A stretch of 63,450 bases of DNA, filler included, from Basidioascus undulatus (Eukaryota), in assembly GCA_000826855.1 (NCBI GenBank). It is 6 parts of 6 records of this genome, joined end to end, with 100 filler letters (N's around TTAATTAATTAA, not from the genome) between each part and the next. Parts side by side here need not be neighbours in the genome. Positions count along the whole stretch, not along the records: positions 21,567 to 49,109 come from JTLS01000162.1; 5 more parts are not named here. The stretch is one strand, 5' to 3'. A program made the position numbers and the translations under genes. This document shows, piece after piece, positions 22,600 to 33,789 of the stretch. A model generated the notes under the pieces. That model made no database searches. It was not told the origin of the DNA and saw only the letters and a program-made list of their open reading frames with translations. The first letter of the stretch is position 1. Each line of letters starts with the position of its first letter.

Positions 22600-25000
22600 C
22601 ATGCATGGTCAAGTCAAACAGTACTCTTGTAACAGGCCAGTCAACGAAATAACGCTCGTGCTCGTGTCCGGCCAGGTGCTCGCGAACTCGCGCAGCGTAT
22701 TGATGTCGAACTGAAGGTCCGCATGCGCTTGTTGGCGAGTCTGCGTGTTCGCTCCGCTGTCCGAATCCAGGGTCACGATGCAGGGAAGGAGGACGGTGCC
22801 CGCGCAGAAAGAATTGCTGGGGGGCAGAGGCGCGGCGGTCTGGTGAGCCGAGCACCGAAGGAACGAGACCTGGGTTTAAAAAAGCAAACGTACTGCTGGA
22901 TGGTAAGTGGGGCTTTGGAGAGCCCAACGAAACAAGGAAGCGAAGAAGGCGGACGATGTGGCTCGCAGCCGCGATGCACCGTTGCCGCTGGATAGGAAGA
23001 TCGGTCGGAGATATGATGGGATCGAGAGAGAGGACGCACAGATTCTTCGTCCGTTTGGAAGCTTGCGCGGTGAAGAAGGGTATAATAGGCGTGGAAAGAC
23101 ATATTGAGACAAACGACGCTGAAGTAAGTTTCTTCTCAGCCTTTTCGACACGAAGACTTAGACGAAACTTGAGTGATTACTGCGGTGTCGTCTCTGTACT
23201 CCCAGTCGTGACCGAGAGGCGCAGGTATCCAGGCAAAGCATGATACCTGCTCACGACTGGCGTCAGCCTCATACCAGCGGTTTCAGCAGACGGTCAGGAA
23301 GACCGCACCAGGATTCCAGCTCCAGTTCCAACTTCGCAAACTGCTGATTCCCATCCGACAGCCTTCCCCGTAACGCAAACACAGCGCCGGCGACTCGCTA
23401 GCGATGAACGCGAGCTTGGAGTGCCACACGGACGCCCAGCTGACGTGCGGCATCGCGATGCCGTACTCGACAGCCGGTTCCAGCTCGGGCAGGGTCTGGT
23501 CAATCTCGTCTTGGCGGAAGTGGCATGGCCGGCCGAGGTAGATGCTCCATAATCTGTGGTGGTTCAAAAGAATGAGGGTCAGCACAGGCTCGTGCGTGGG
23601 CGCCGTGAACATGAACGTGACCCTACGCATCGAGGATGCGAGCGGTGTAAAAGCAGGCTCGTCGGCATCGATCGAGTTCGAGTTCGACCATGCCGTTCAT
23701 CATGTGAGTGGGATCAAGATGGAGGCCGACTGAACACAGGTGAGCGGGGTTACTCCTACGCCAGGGCGAGCACGACGTGCGAGTAACATACAGTCTTGCG
23801 CAAGCCGCATCGCCATGCCTGTACAGCTCTCATTCAGTTGGGGTTCTTTGTTTTCACAAGGCAACGAAGCGCACCGATATACATCCAGGCGAGCCGGTTG
23901 TATCTGTTCAAAAGATTAGTCAAGGGTGCGCTCGAAGCTCCGAGATAAAAAGTGCTTACTCGCTGGATCGACCGTTCAAGTACGCGCTCAAGACAAAAAG
24001 CCCATAGATCGTACTGAGCTTAGGAGCGCTGGGCCCGAGTTGACGAGCCACTGAGCAGCTTCGGCAAAGGCGTCGCCACGAGTGCTCCGGTCGGCTGGGT
24101 CGGAACAGATCTCGGCCGACGCGGGCGTGAGGTAGCGAGAGCCCACTGAGAGTATCGAAAGATTGAGAAAGGACGAGTAGTAATGAGTCCGTCGGGAGGG
24201 GGACTGCGCCATATCCCTTCGAAAGGACGGCTCGTGCGTGAGCTGCCCGAAGTACAAGAAGCGCAAGAAGGCGAGATCGGCGAGCTGCTGGTGAACGTTG
24301 GGCGAAAGCGAACCGGACGAGACGAGCAGTCCGTTGAGGGCGGAAGTGGAGGAAGTAGGGTTGGCAAGGAGCTCGAGCTCGGACGGGAGGCGGGAGATGC
24401 TCGCATTGATGCTGGGAGAGGAAGGGGGACTTCGAGAATCGTGTGGAAGCTGGGGGAGAGAAGGACTCGGTAAGTTTGTTCGGCGGGAGGACTGGAGATC
24501 CGTTGCTACGAACATTGTCGACGTCGGGCCGAAAAAGCGTAGATCGCCGTCCGGCTGAAGAGCGAGGCCAGCGTTGCTGAGCGTGACCGTTCCAAGCTCG
24601 TCGCTCCCGGAGCGTTTGAAGCTAGACGGGAGATTCGTGGAGCTGCTAGTGCCGGGCAAGGACGAGGGTAAGGGCAGACACGAATCTGAAGTGACTTAAG
24701 TTGAGGTGCAAGTAGGCGTGATGTTCGTGGGAGGAGGGCAAGGGTCACAAGAAGAGCCACTGAACCAGACTTGGTCACGCCCGCTGAAGATCGTCCGAAC
24801 AGCCTCAGAAAGCTCAAGTTGCCTCGTCGCCAGTGATCGCTTCCTGTTCCCTCTTTTAAGGGTCAGTAAACGCTTGAGTCTTTGTACTTCTCTCAATTTG
24901 ACCTTTGAATGCCTAAAACGAGGCGACGTAATTAACTTTCTTCTCTTCAGTGCTCCCTGCATTCACAGTATCGGAACAGTCTTCATGTCTTCAGCCTAGT
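22600..25000 (-). pseudogene. Fungal-specific (Zn2Cys6-type, Fungal_trans domain) transcription factor, frameshifted
   Basis: DGDLRFFGPTS, HEPSFRRDM, YYSSFLNLSILSVGSRY, LAWMYIGMAMRLAQD.GLHLD, RRACFY, LWSIYLGRP and LREFASTWP. There is a frameshift near 23995 and no intact Cys6 cluster was found. Confidence 0.75.
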
Positions 25001-25775
25001 ACATCTGTCGAACGGAAGGGATGCACTGTGAGTACCATATGTCATCGTTTGGTAGTGACTGAGACAAAGACAGCAATTTCACAAAAATATGCAGTGACTG
25101 CCACTGAGGACACCTGGAACCGCGGGAAGCGGAACCGAAGGAATGTACAGGGATATTTGCTAGACAGCTGTACAGACTTTATCGAGAAATAGACTGCGGC
25201 AGCGTGTCTACTTTCGATGTGCATGGTCAAACTGCCCAATGACAATAGCTGAAAAGGGGCGGCGACCGGGCGGACAGAACATGGACTCCGCCCCGGCCGA
25301 CCTCAGGACAAATTACCCAAGATAGTAGGCATCTCAAACCCATTATACTTTACATTGTCGTGCTTATATGGTCTGTAGGTCCCTCGTGAGAGTTTCCAGC
25401 CAAGCAGGGGCAACTTGACTCTCGATAGGTATTTATAGTTTCCCTAAGTTCTAACAACAACAGCTTGATGGCGCAGGGGAAGCGCGGTGGGCTCATAACC
25501 CACAGGTCTCTGGATCGAAACCAGATCAAGCTACTTTCTTTTTTTCCCTTTTGTTCGCAGTGCCCCGCAAACGGAAGCTCTCAGTTTCCGTCCCGCTAAG
25601 TATTAGAGAAGCAACCTGCTCTACCCCCTTCTTTCATACAATCAGCGGTTGAGGCCGACCCAACTTTCAGGGCGTAGCCGTGACAGGGAGGATACCTAGC
25701 CATCTCAGGGCTACTTATCTGGGACAGTTGAGTAGCAGAGTAAAAATATTGGGCCAAATTGGACCGACTGGAGTG

Positions 25776-25813
25776 AATTGACCGGTGCCGGCCCATTGCC
25801 GGTTCGGTCAATT
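25776..25813. promoter_or_regulatory. CGG-rich inverted repeat about 120 bp upstream of the oxidoreductase ATG
   Basis: AATTGACCG (25776-25784) and CGGTCAATT (25805-25813) enclose CCGGC-CCATT-GCCGG. Confidence 0.4.
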
Positions 25814-25932
25814 TCCGACACAGTGACACCGCCTGAGGCGTCTCGATGCATCTCAGCGCTTCACTGCCTTCATCGCCTCAGCGCACTTCCACAAGTGAGT
25901 CGAACAATTTCCTATTGAGCGCTACCCTTATT

Positions 25933-27543
25933 ATGGCCCCTACTACGGAGCAAAAGAACGTCATCCGCGTTGGTCTCCTCGGCGCAGGCGAAGTCGCCCA
26001 AGGCACCCACGTACGTTCTTCCTGTATACCTTCCCCTACAACCAACCGGCGTACCGTGGCCTCGAGGAAGAGCTAACTTGGTATAATCTCACTATCAGCT
26101 TCCCACCCTCAGCCTCTTGACTCACTTGTTTAAGATCACCGCACTCTGCGATGTGAGCGAGCAGGCGCTGGCGCACTCTGCCCAAAAGTTCAACGTTGCC
26201 AAGACGTTTACCAGCAGGTCAGCACCCATCAAACTCCCCAGCGTTCTGTTGAAAGGCTCACGAGTACTTCTTCGATTCAGCTCCGAGTTCGTTAAGCAAG
26301 ACGACATTGACGTTGTCTTTATCCTCAACTCCGACGAGTACCATTTGAGTGTCGACGGCTGCGGACCCACCACCCGTTGTCCGCGGCACAAAGCTCATGC
26401 ACCTCAAACAGGCGTACAACGCGGTGGAGGCGGCCAACGCTGGAAAGCATGTCTTCATTGAGAAGGCAAGGTTTCAAACCGAGCAACAGACATCTCGCTG
26501 CAGAGCTGACTCTGTTGCTTTCTCAGCCTATAGCGCTGACCCGCGAAGACGCAGACGAGATTATCGAGGCTGGGAAGTGGAACAACATGAGCCCCATACC
26601 CAACTCCAATTCGCTAAATAGGAAACAGCTTAGCGCTCGCTCGGCAGGTCATCATCTTTGTGGGGTACATGCGGCGGTATGCGACAGCGTTCGAGGAGAC
26701 CAAGAAGATCATATTGAGCATGAAGACAATCGATTACGCCCGCGTCCGGGACATTATCGGCCCTGTAAGGAGACAAGAACACCTCTATCACACAGTTAAA
26801 TTCTCTAATCGTATCTGTAATCCGCCCTCAGAACGATTTTTTCGTCAAGCAATCCGGCAACTTCCCCGTACGCTTCACCGACTTCCCCGCGGGCGCGAAC
26901 GAGGACCGCCTAGCGCGTGGTCAACGCATCGCGGAGCTCGCACTCGGCGCCGAGCGAGCAAAGGACAAGTCCCTCGTGTTGACGTACCGGCTCCTCGGCG
27001 GCCTGGGCTCGCACGACCTCTCCGCGATGCGTGAGCTCCTCGGCTCGCCGAAGCGCGTGCTCGGCGCGGGACGCAACGCCTCAGGATTGTTCATCACTGC
27101 GCTGTTTGAGTATGCGGGGTTCGTTACGACCTATGAGATGGATATCGACCAAGTAGGGTCGTTTGACGCCCACATCGAGGTCTACGGGGATGGGAAGCGC
27201 GTCAAGGTGACTTACGACACGCCTTATATCAAGGTAAATCGTGCTTTGTGATGCTTCTTACCCCGCGGCGCCTCCTCCGTTCGAACAGGTATCCTCTGAT
27301 CCTGAACCTTCCTCATTCCAGGGTCTCCCCGTCACCCTCACCATTGGGTACAACGACGAGAAGGGCCATTACACCGAGAAGGTCGTCCGCCCCACGTACA
27401 CCGACACGTACAGGCTCGAGTACGAGCACCTCTACCGGGGCCTCACCACCGGAGAGCCCGTCAAAACAACGCCCGAGGACCCCAAGCTCGACCTTGACAT
27501 CTTTGATCAGATCATCAACGCCCTCGTTCCCCCTCCTCAATAG
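25933..27543 (+). CDS. Gfo/Idh/MocA-family NAD(P)-dependent oxidoreductase (myo-inositol dehydrogenase-like)
   Basis: IRVGLLGAGEVAQ, ALCDVS, DIDVVFILNSDEYH, AGKHVFIEK|P, FVGYMRRYA, GLGSHDLSAMRELLG and FDAHIEVYG. One required splice donor reads ATGAGC (26587). Confidence 0.9.
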
Positions 27544-28621
27544 CTCCGTCTTCACGTCGCTTGTCTCTCCGCATTTTGAGTAAATCCAAATAGCAGTGCA
27601 TTACATGTTTTGCATTTCCAGTTGTGCCTGTCAGAATGGTTTCGTCGCTTTGCAGTCCAACGAGCCACTCCGTGCTCGACGACGATCTTGTAGTGGATGC
27701 AGTTGTTGCACAGACTCTCGAGCTCGACAGTGTCTGACTTGCTTCAGAATAGCGGCTGAACAGAAGGCATCATTAGGCTTTAACATAAAGAGCTCGAGTT
27801 CTCACAATTCACCGTTCCCTTCGCGAAGAAGGCCTACCATGACAACCTCCTTCCCCCCCGCTGCTCGTTACATTCGGCTCGTGGACAGGCCGAGGCTTGG
27901 GTAGCAACAAGGGGGAGAGACGTATACCGCAGAGACGGTTCAGACGGGAGTTAAGGATCCACAGAAGTTGAGAATATGGGAGCAGCACCCACAAGTAACA
28001 AACGAATAGCGACGTGCAGCCGTTACATTAAATGACAGCCTGTGCAAGCCTGCGTTTTTGCGCGCAGGCCGCACGTAATAAAGAACCCACGCCTTGCGTT
28101 GAGCTGGGCTCTCAGCGTTTAATGGGGCAAATCTCGTTAGTGTATAATGGAGGACATATCGTGCGGAGAAGCCGGTCAGTATTAAGAAAGGTCTCACGCT
28201 TCTACCCGTCCGTGTGCAGCCGCAGCCGTCACGATTGCCAGTGGCTGGGCGCAGCTCCTTCGCTCGACGGTTACCGAGGCGAAATTGACCATTCGTCCCA
28301 GTAATGCTGCTCGAATAATGGAGACAGATTTAAGGGCTGGAGACGATTTTGAAGCATGAAGGATGCAGGGGCAGGAAGGCACAGCAGGCTCATTTACAAC
28401 AGAGACAGCGCCTGCAGCCCGTCCGAAAAATGGAAAACAAACTTGCACCTCTGCATCATGCCATGAACAGCATTAAATGGAAGGGTCCGAAGGAACGAGA
28501 AAGTATCGTAAGCGATGCGGGGTATCTGGAGTGTGGATGGGCACGGGGGCAGCAGTCTAATCGTACAGTGCAAATCGAGAACAAAACAGGACAAGAAAGG
28601 GGGACAACATAATGAAGGAGA

Positions 28622-29980
28622 CTAATCATCCATCGTCGCAAACGCCCGAGCGGCATCCTGCGCGGTGAACGACCCTGCGCGGGAGCCGAGCCCTGCGGAG
28701 GGGAAGGCCGGCCTGAGCCCGCCGAGGCCGGGAGAGCGGAACGACGGCATCGTCGTCGGGGGAGGGACGTCGCCGGATGCGTCGGAGCGGGTGGAGTTAG
28801 AGGCGGAGGACTTGGATTTAGAGCGCTTGGAGCGCGTCTGTCTGGGTGGTGCGGCGGGGGAAGTGGGAGAGGGAGAGAGAGAGGGAGAGGGCAGGTCGGC
28901 GGCGGTGAGGAGGTCGTCGTGGAAGTCTTGCGCGGCGGGGCTGTGCGCGTCGTCCACGTCCTCAGGGCTGGGGATGGGCGAGACGGGCGAGTGCGTCTGG
29001 TCCCAGAACTGCTGCTGCTGCCCCGACAATGACGAAGAGAGGGAGGGGGGCAGGTCGGACTGCTCGAGCGTGAACGCGCTCGTGGAGCTGCTCACCGCGT
29101 CGCGCGACGACTGGCCAGTCGACCGCGAGAACCCCGAAGAGTGCGAGCGCGCGCCGCTCGGGCGGAGGACGTATCGCCGCTTTGTTGGGGACGCGAGCAG
29201 CCCGGGCTCCACGTCCGCGAGCTCCTCGTCCTCCGCCTCCGCCGCGTCCGCATGCTCGACCTGGACGACAGGCTCCGCATCCGCATCCACCTCCTGGCGG
29301 CCGTACGCCCGCCCGGCCTCCTACCCCTCCTGCGCCGCCGCCCGCGCGGCAGCCTCCTCCCGCGCCTTCCGCCGCGCACGCCGCCGCGCACGTCGCACAG
29401 CGGCCTCCTCCTCCCGCGCCGCAGCCTCCTCCTCCGCCCGCAGATGCGCATCCGCCTCGGCAGCGGCATGCGCCTCCGCCTCGATCGTCTCGGATGACAA
29501 GATCGCCGGGCCAGCCTGCTGGTCGTCCTCCCCCGCAGCGGCAAAGTCAAAGATCGTCCCCTCGTGCGCGTCGTCGACGTCCAGCTCCTCCGGCTCCAGC
29601 CGCGCCGGCTGCGGCCGCTGTTGCCGCCGCCCGAAGAGCTGCAGCCCGCACGTGCGGAGTTGACGCGGCTTGCGAGTGTGCGGGCGGGCGACGCCCCCGC
29701 CGACATGGCTGTGGAGGGAGAGGTTGTCGGACGCCAGACGCGGGTCGGTCTCCGCGTCGGGGTCGCCCGCTAGGAGACGCTCGAACTCGGCGCGGTCGAA
29801 GCGCGACTCGCGGTCGTCGTCTTCGTCTGATTCGGGCGAGGTGCGTGCGGACGGGAGGCAGGGGATGAGGAGGAAGGAGCGCAGGACGTCGGTGTACGAC
29901 GGGCGGTCGAGGGACCTGCGCAGGGGGGCGGAAGTCAGCGGCGGGGCCTACGCGCGGGGGGGGCCGGCGGTGAGATACAT
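28622..29980 (-). CDS. Hypothetical low-complexity/coiled-coil protein with one in-frame TAG (possibly a pseudogene)
   Basis: Start codon split AT|G by intron 29978-29916, giving MSLDRPSYTDVLRSFLLIPCLP...DNLSLHSHVG. The TAG at 29323-29321 is in frame with ORF 28622..29290. Confidence 0.6.
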
Positions 29981-30309
29981 TTGGGGCTCCAGTATCAGAT
30001 TATTCCAGTTGAATTGCTAAGGATCAGTTGATGAAAAGGAGATGGAATGGATGTATTTGTTGAAGGGGCAAACTGGGTCTGGAAAAGGTCGGAAGTTGAT
30101 TGCCGGCCCGCTTGTCCTGCTTGTCCTTCCGCACAATATCCGCGGTTGTCCGGTGCCTAGTTGATCGACATCATGAGCGAACGCGTCTTTCACATGCCGC
30201 TGGAGCTGCACCGCCTCGTCGAGAAGACGTGTTGGCTGCTCGATGCTTTCTCTTGCCCATCAACGACAAAGCCTACACACTCTGTGGCAAAAAATTGGCA
30301 GTGGACGTG

Positions 30310-31609
30310 ATGGCTGTTGACAAAGGGACGCCTTTGGAGCCGTACAAGGATGAGCTCCCCACCGAGGCGCCACCAGCGTACACGCCCTCAGACGCCCCAG
30401 GCCCATCCTCCTCCTCCTCCAAACCCGCATCGCACCCTCCCCAACCGTCCACCTCCAGACCCACCCATCTTTCCTCTCCCTTACCGTCACACCATCCCCG
30501 CCGGCCCTCCACCGCGTCCTCCCTCCTCAGCGCGCTCCTCCCCTCACCCGCAGCAGCCGACCTTCGCGCAACAGTGCGCTCCATCCTCTCCGCGCTCGTG
30601 CGCGAACCGTCCGCCGACGTCGCCCCGGGCGTGGAAGTCCTCAAGGACTGCGCGGCCGCGTGTCGCGCGAGGGGGGTCGACTTTGCGGCGCTCTGTCAGG
30701 AGAAGAGTGTCGAGTGGAGGGAGCCGCTTTATTGGTGCCTGCTGAAGCAGGAGCCGGGGAAGGAAGACGAGGGTGAGCATGCACTCAATCACACTCTCCT
30801 TTCCGGACTCACGCACCAACCACCCCATCAGACAACCCGCTCCTCCACTTCCTCCTCTCCCAGCCTCTCCAACCCTCCACCATCTCCTCCGCACGCCTCG
30901 CAATCCTCTCCACCTCCTCCGACCCCTCCCTGCAGCTCCTTCTGCGCGCGCTCCCCACGTCCTCCCCTCTCCTCGCCACCCTCTCCCACCCAACCACCCG
31001 CGTCCTCACCCCCCCGCCCGCGTCCTCCCTCCTTGCAGACGACCCCACCGCCTTCCGGATCCTTCTCCACCTCCCGTCCTTCCACGCCCGCCTGCGCGCC
31101 TCGAAAGCAGGCACGGTTTCACACGAGTTCGCCGCCCGCAACCGGATCTGGAGGCTCGAGGTCCGCCTACCCACCCCCTCCGCCGCGCCCACACATCCTC
31201 CCCACCGAAACACACGCCACGGACATCGCGCCGCGGCGCTGTACGTGTACGGGTTCGGGCTGCGCGTCGTCGAGGGCGCGGCGACGCACGTTCAGGGCTC
31301 GGGGCGCATTCTTGCGGGAAGGGAAGGCAGGGACGACGCCCAGTTCCGCCTGCCGAGCGCGTACCTCGACCCCGTGCAGCACGTCCTGCCCAGCTTCGTC
31401 AGGCTCGAGCAAGTCCGCGATGCCCGGTCGCTCGAGTTCCAGTGCGTTTTGGTCTTCGCTGCGTGTTGGTTGGCTGCTGACTGACTGACTGGGTGGCGTG
31501 GGATGGGGCGTGCAGTGACTCGCCCTTGCTCGATGAGGACGGCGCGCTGAGGATTATGGCGGACGTGAGCCTGACGAGGGACGAGGCGACGGGTTGTACG
31601 ATATCGTGA
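30310..31609 (+). CDS. Hypothetical protein with a PPAY motif and a C-terminal CaaX box (CTIS)
   Basis: MAVDKG...EAPPAYT, VLKDCAAAC, LCQEKSVEWREPLYWCLLK; the last exon reads DSPLLDEDGALRIMADVSLTRDEATGCTIS*. Confidence 0.7.
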
Positions 31610-33789
31610 ACTCGCTAATAAAGTTACATGTATGTATTTGCTTGACACGAACTTCACCAACGCCTGCATGCCTGCCTTCCCGCAACTAACTTCGCTTCAG
31701 TCATGCCATATGACCTTTCCCGGCTAGAAGGCAGCGGCGTGAGTCCGATCCACGACCAAAGTTTGCATTGTTTCCTTCGACCCCGTACACCAGCATCAAA
31801 AAGGTCTGAAAGCTTCTTGAGCAGCGTCCAAAGACGATTTTGCTTGCCCTGTTTGCTCAACCGCCGAGTGCTCTGTCGGGGCGGAGCAGGACGCTGTCGG
31901 CGGCGGCGTCGGTTACAGGGGTCCTATCTGCCAACCAGCTCAACAGCATTTGCAGTGAAATGTTTAATGAAGTTAGAATATCACCTGAGCAAACAGGCAA
32001 TAGATACAGGAAAGCTGCTTGCGACAGACTCGGTCGTGCGGCCGCTCGCAACGCAGCTCAGTGCGTCGGCTGTTTTTCTTCAAGGACACGATCTTCAATG
32101 GTCACTTTTGAAATTACCCAACCCCCTCCGCATTATTACCTCCCACAAAATTGACCAGTGAGCGGCCGTCCACGGGGCGGATCAGCACTCCTTCAACTTC
32201 GCGAAAGCTCCTCATTTAGTTGTGGTCTTTTCTTCAACGCGCTTTCTTTGCACTTTCAGCCTTTTGGTTCACCTGTAGTCCCATAATCTGCCAACAGAAT
32301 CCTCCTAGAAAGTCACAAGGTGAAACATGTTCCCATCCCCGCGCGTCTCGCGGACTGCGCGTGAACGACGTGGTGCTTGAACGGGTACAGGCACAGAGAA
32401 GCCTTGATCATACATCCCTGAAAGGAAAGGTTGAGCTGATTTCTCTGGGGTGGAGTGGCAGAGCAAGCCGTTCCCGTGGCAGGACACGCCTACGACGTTG
32501 CTCACCGTCGAGCAGGCCCTCCAGGGGAGCAGGAATATGAGAAGTGAGCGGAGAAGGATGGGATAAGTTTTGAGGGGATGAACTGGATACATGCAGTCTG
32601 AAGCCCATGGACAGGTCAGAGCAGGCTGCTTGGAGTCAGAAATCTGAGATTTTCATGCCCGCTGCTCGACTGAAATGTTCTTGTGACAGTCTATCCAGGC
32701 AGTTCTTTCATCTGTCGCTTCTCTGAAAATTCTAGGTAGAGGTATTGACTTGTATCTGGGTCTCTGTCATCACAGAAAAAAATGCTGATGGGTCTATCGT
32801 TGCTACGCGCCGGTGGGCTTGCACTCGGCTGGGGCTCGTTGCACGTTGTTGACCTTTCTAGCTGGTTTCCACCGTTGCGAAGCTCCAGATTTCTAACAAT
32901 GTTTAGAAGTGAATTCTTGATTATTGCATTCCAGCATGTACCCAGACATAATCATGTCAACAATGCTCAGAGTCGCAGCTGGCAGGAACGCAGACTGAGG
33001 GTTTGAGTGAATCGGTGGAAGTGGTCACCGCAGTTCACGGCTTGACAGACGTCGATGCTGTACTGTAAGTATACTGCCTTTTTGACACATGCAACATATT
33101 ATTCGAATTTCACTTTTTTGCCCTTCACGATCAACCAGACAGTCGAAACAAGAGGGGAAGAAAGGAGTTCGCAAAGTGCCGCAGCTACTTGCCAAGAAAC
33201 GCGTTCTATGAGAGGCATCAGGATATCCGCCAAGTCCAGGGTGTCCCCTCCACCCTCGTGCTCTTCGACTTTTACCTGTTCACACGCGCTAGGCTTGACA
33301 TCATCCCGCTACGCTCGATATTAATACACCTCGCCGGCGTCGCGTGCGCCGACTTGGCACTGGCTGCGCAGTTGACTGGTAGCTGGGGGCGCTTTGGCCA
33401 GAAGACGTCGACTGCGGCGGGATGGAATGCAACAGACAAGACCTAGCTGGCTAGTGGGAGAATATATGTGCCTCGCTGGCCCACCCTGGATGGGCGAGAG
33501 TTGGTGGTGATCTGGTCGTTCGCGTCTTTGTCCCATCTTCTTGAACCCACTCTATCACCGTCGACGCGAGAACCCTCTATCATTTCTCCATCTTCCACAT
33601 CTGCGAAGCGCTCGGAACGCCTAATACCACTCATTCCTTCACGCTGCGTAGACCGCACGCACATCCCTTCCTTTCCGTCTCTATGCCGGCGCCTTACGCC
33701 TTTCAGCCCCTACATGGCGGCTTCGCAAACGACTCGCCCGCCTCGTCGGCGTCGGAGCACTCCCTCCTTCGGGTACCCGCAGGGCAGGG

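Noticed and set aside
28665..29868. Long Ser/Ala/Pro-rich plus-strand ORFs
   Set aside because: They are antisense to the GC-rich minus-strand gene.
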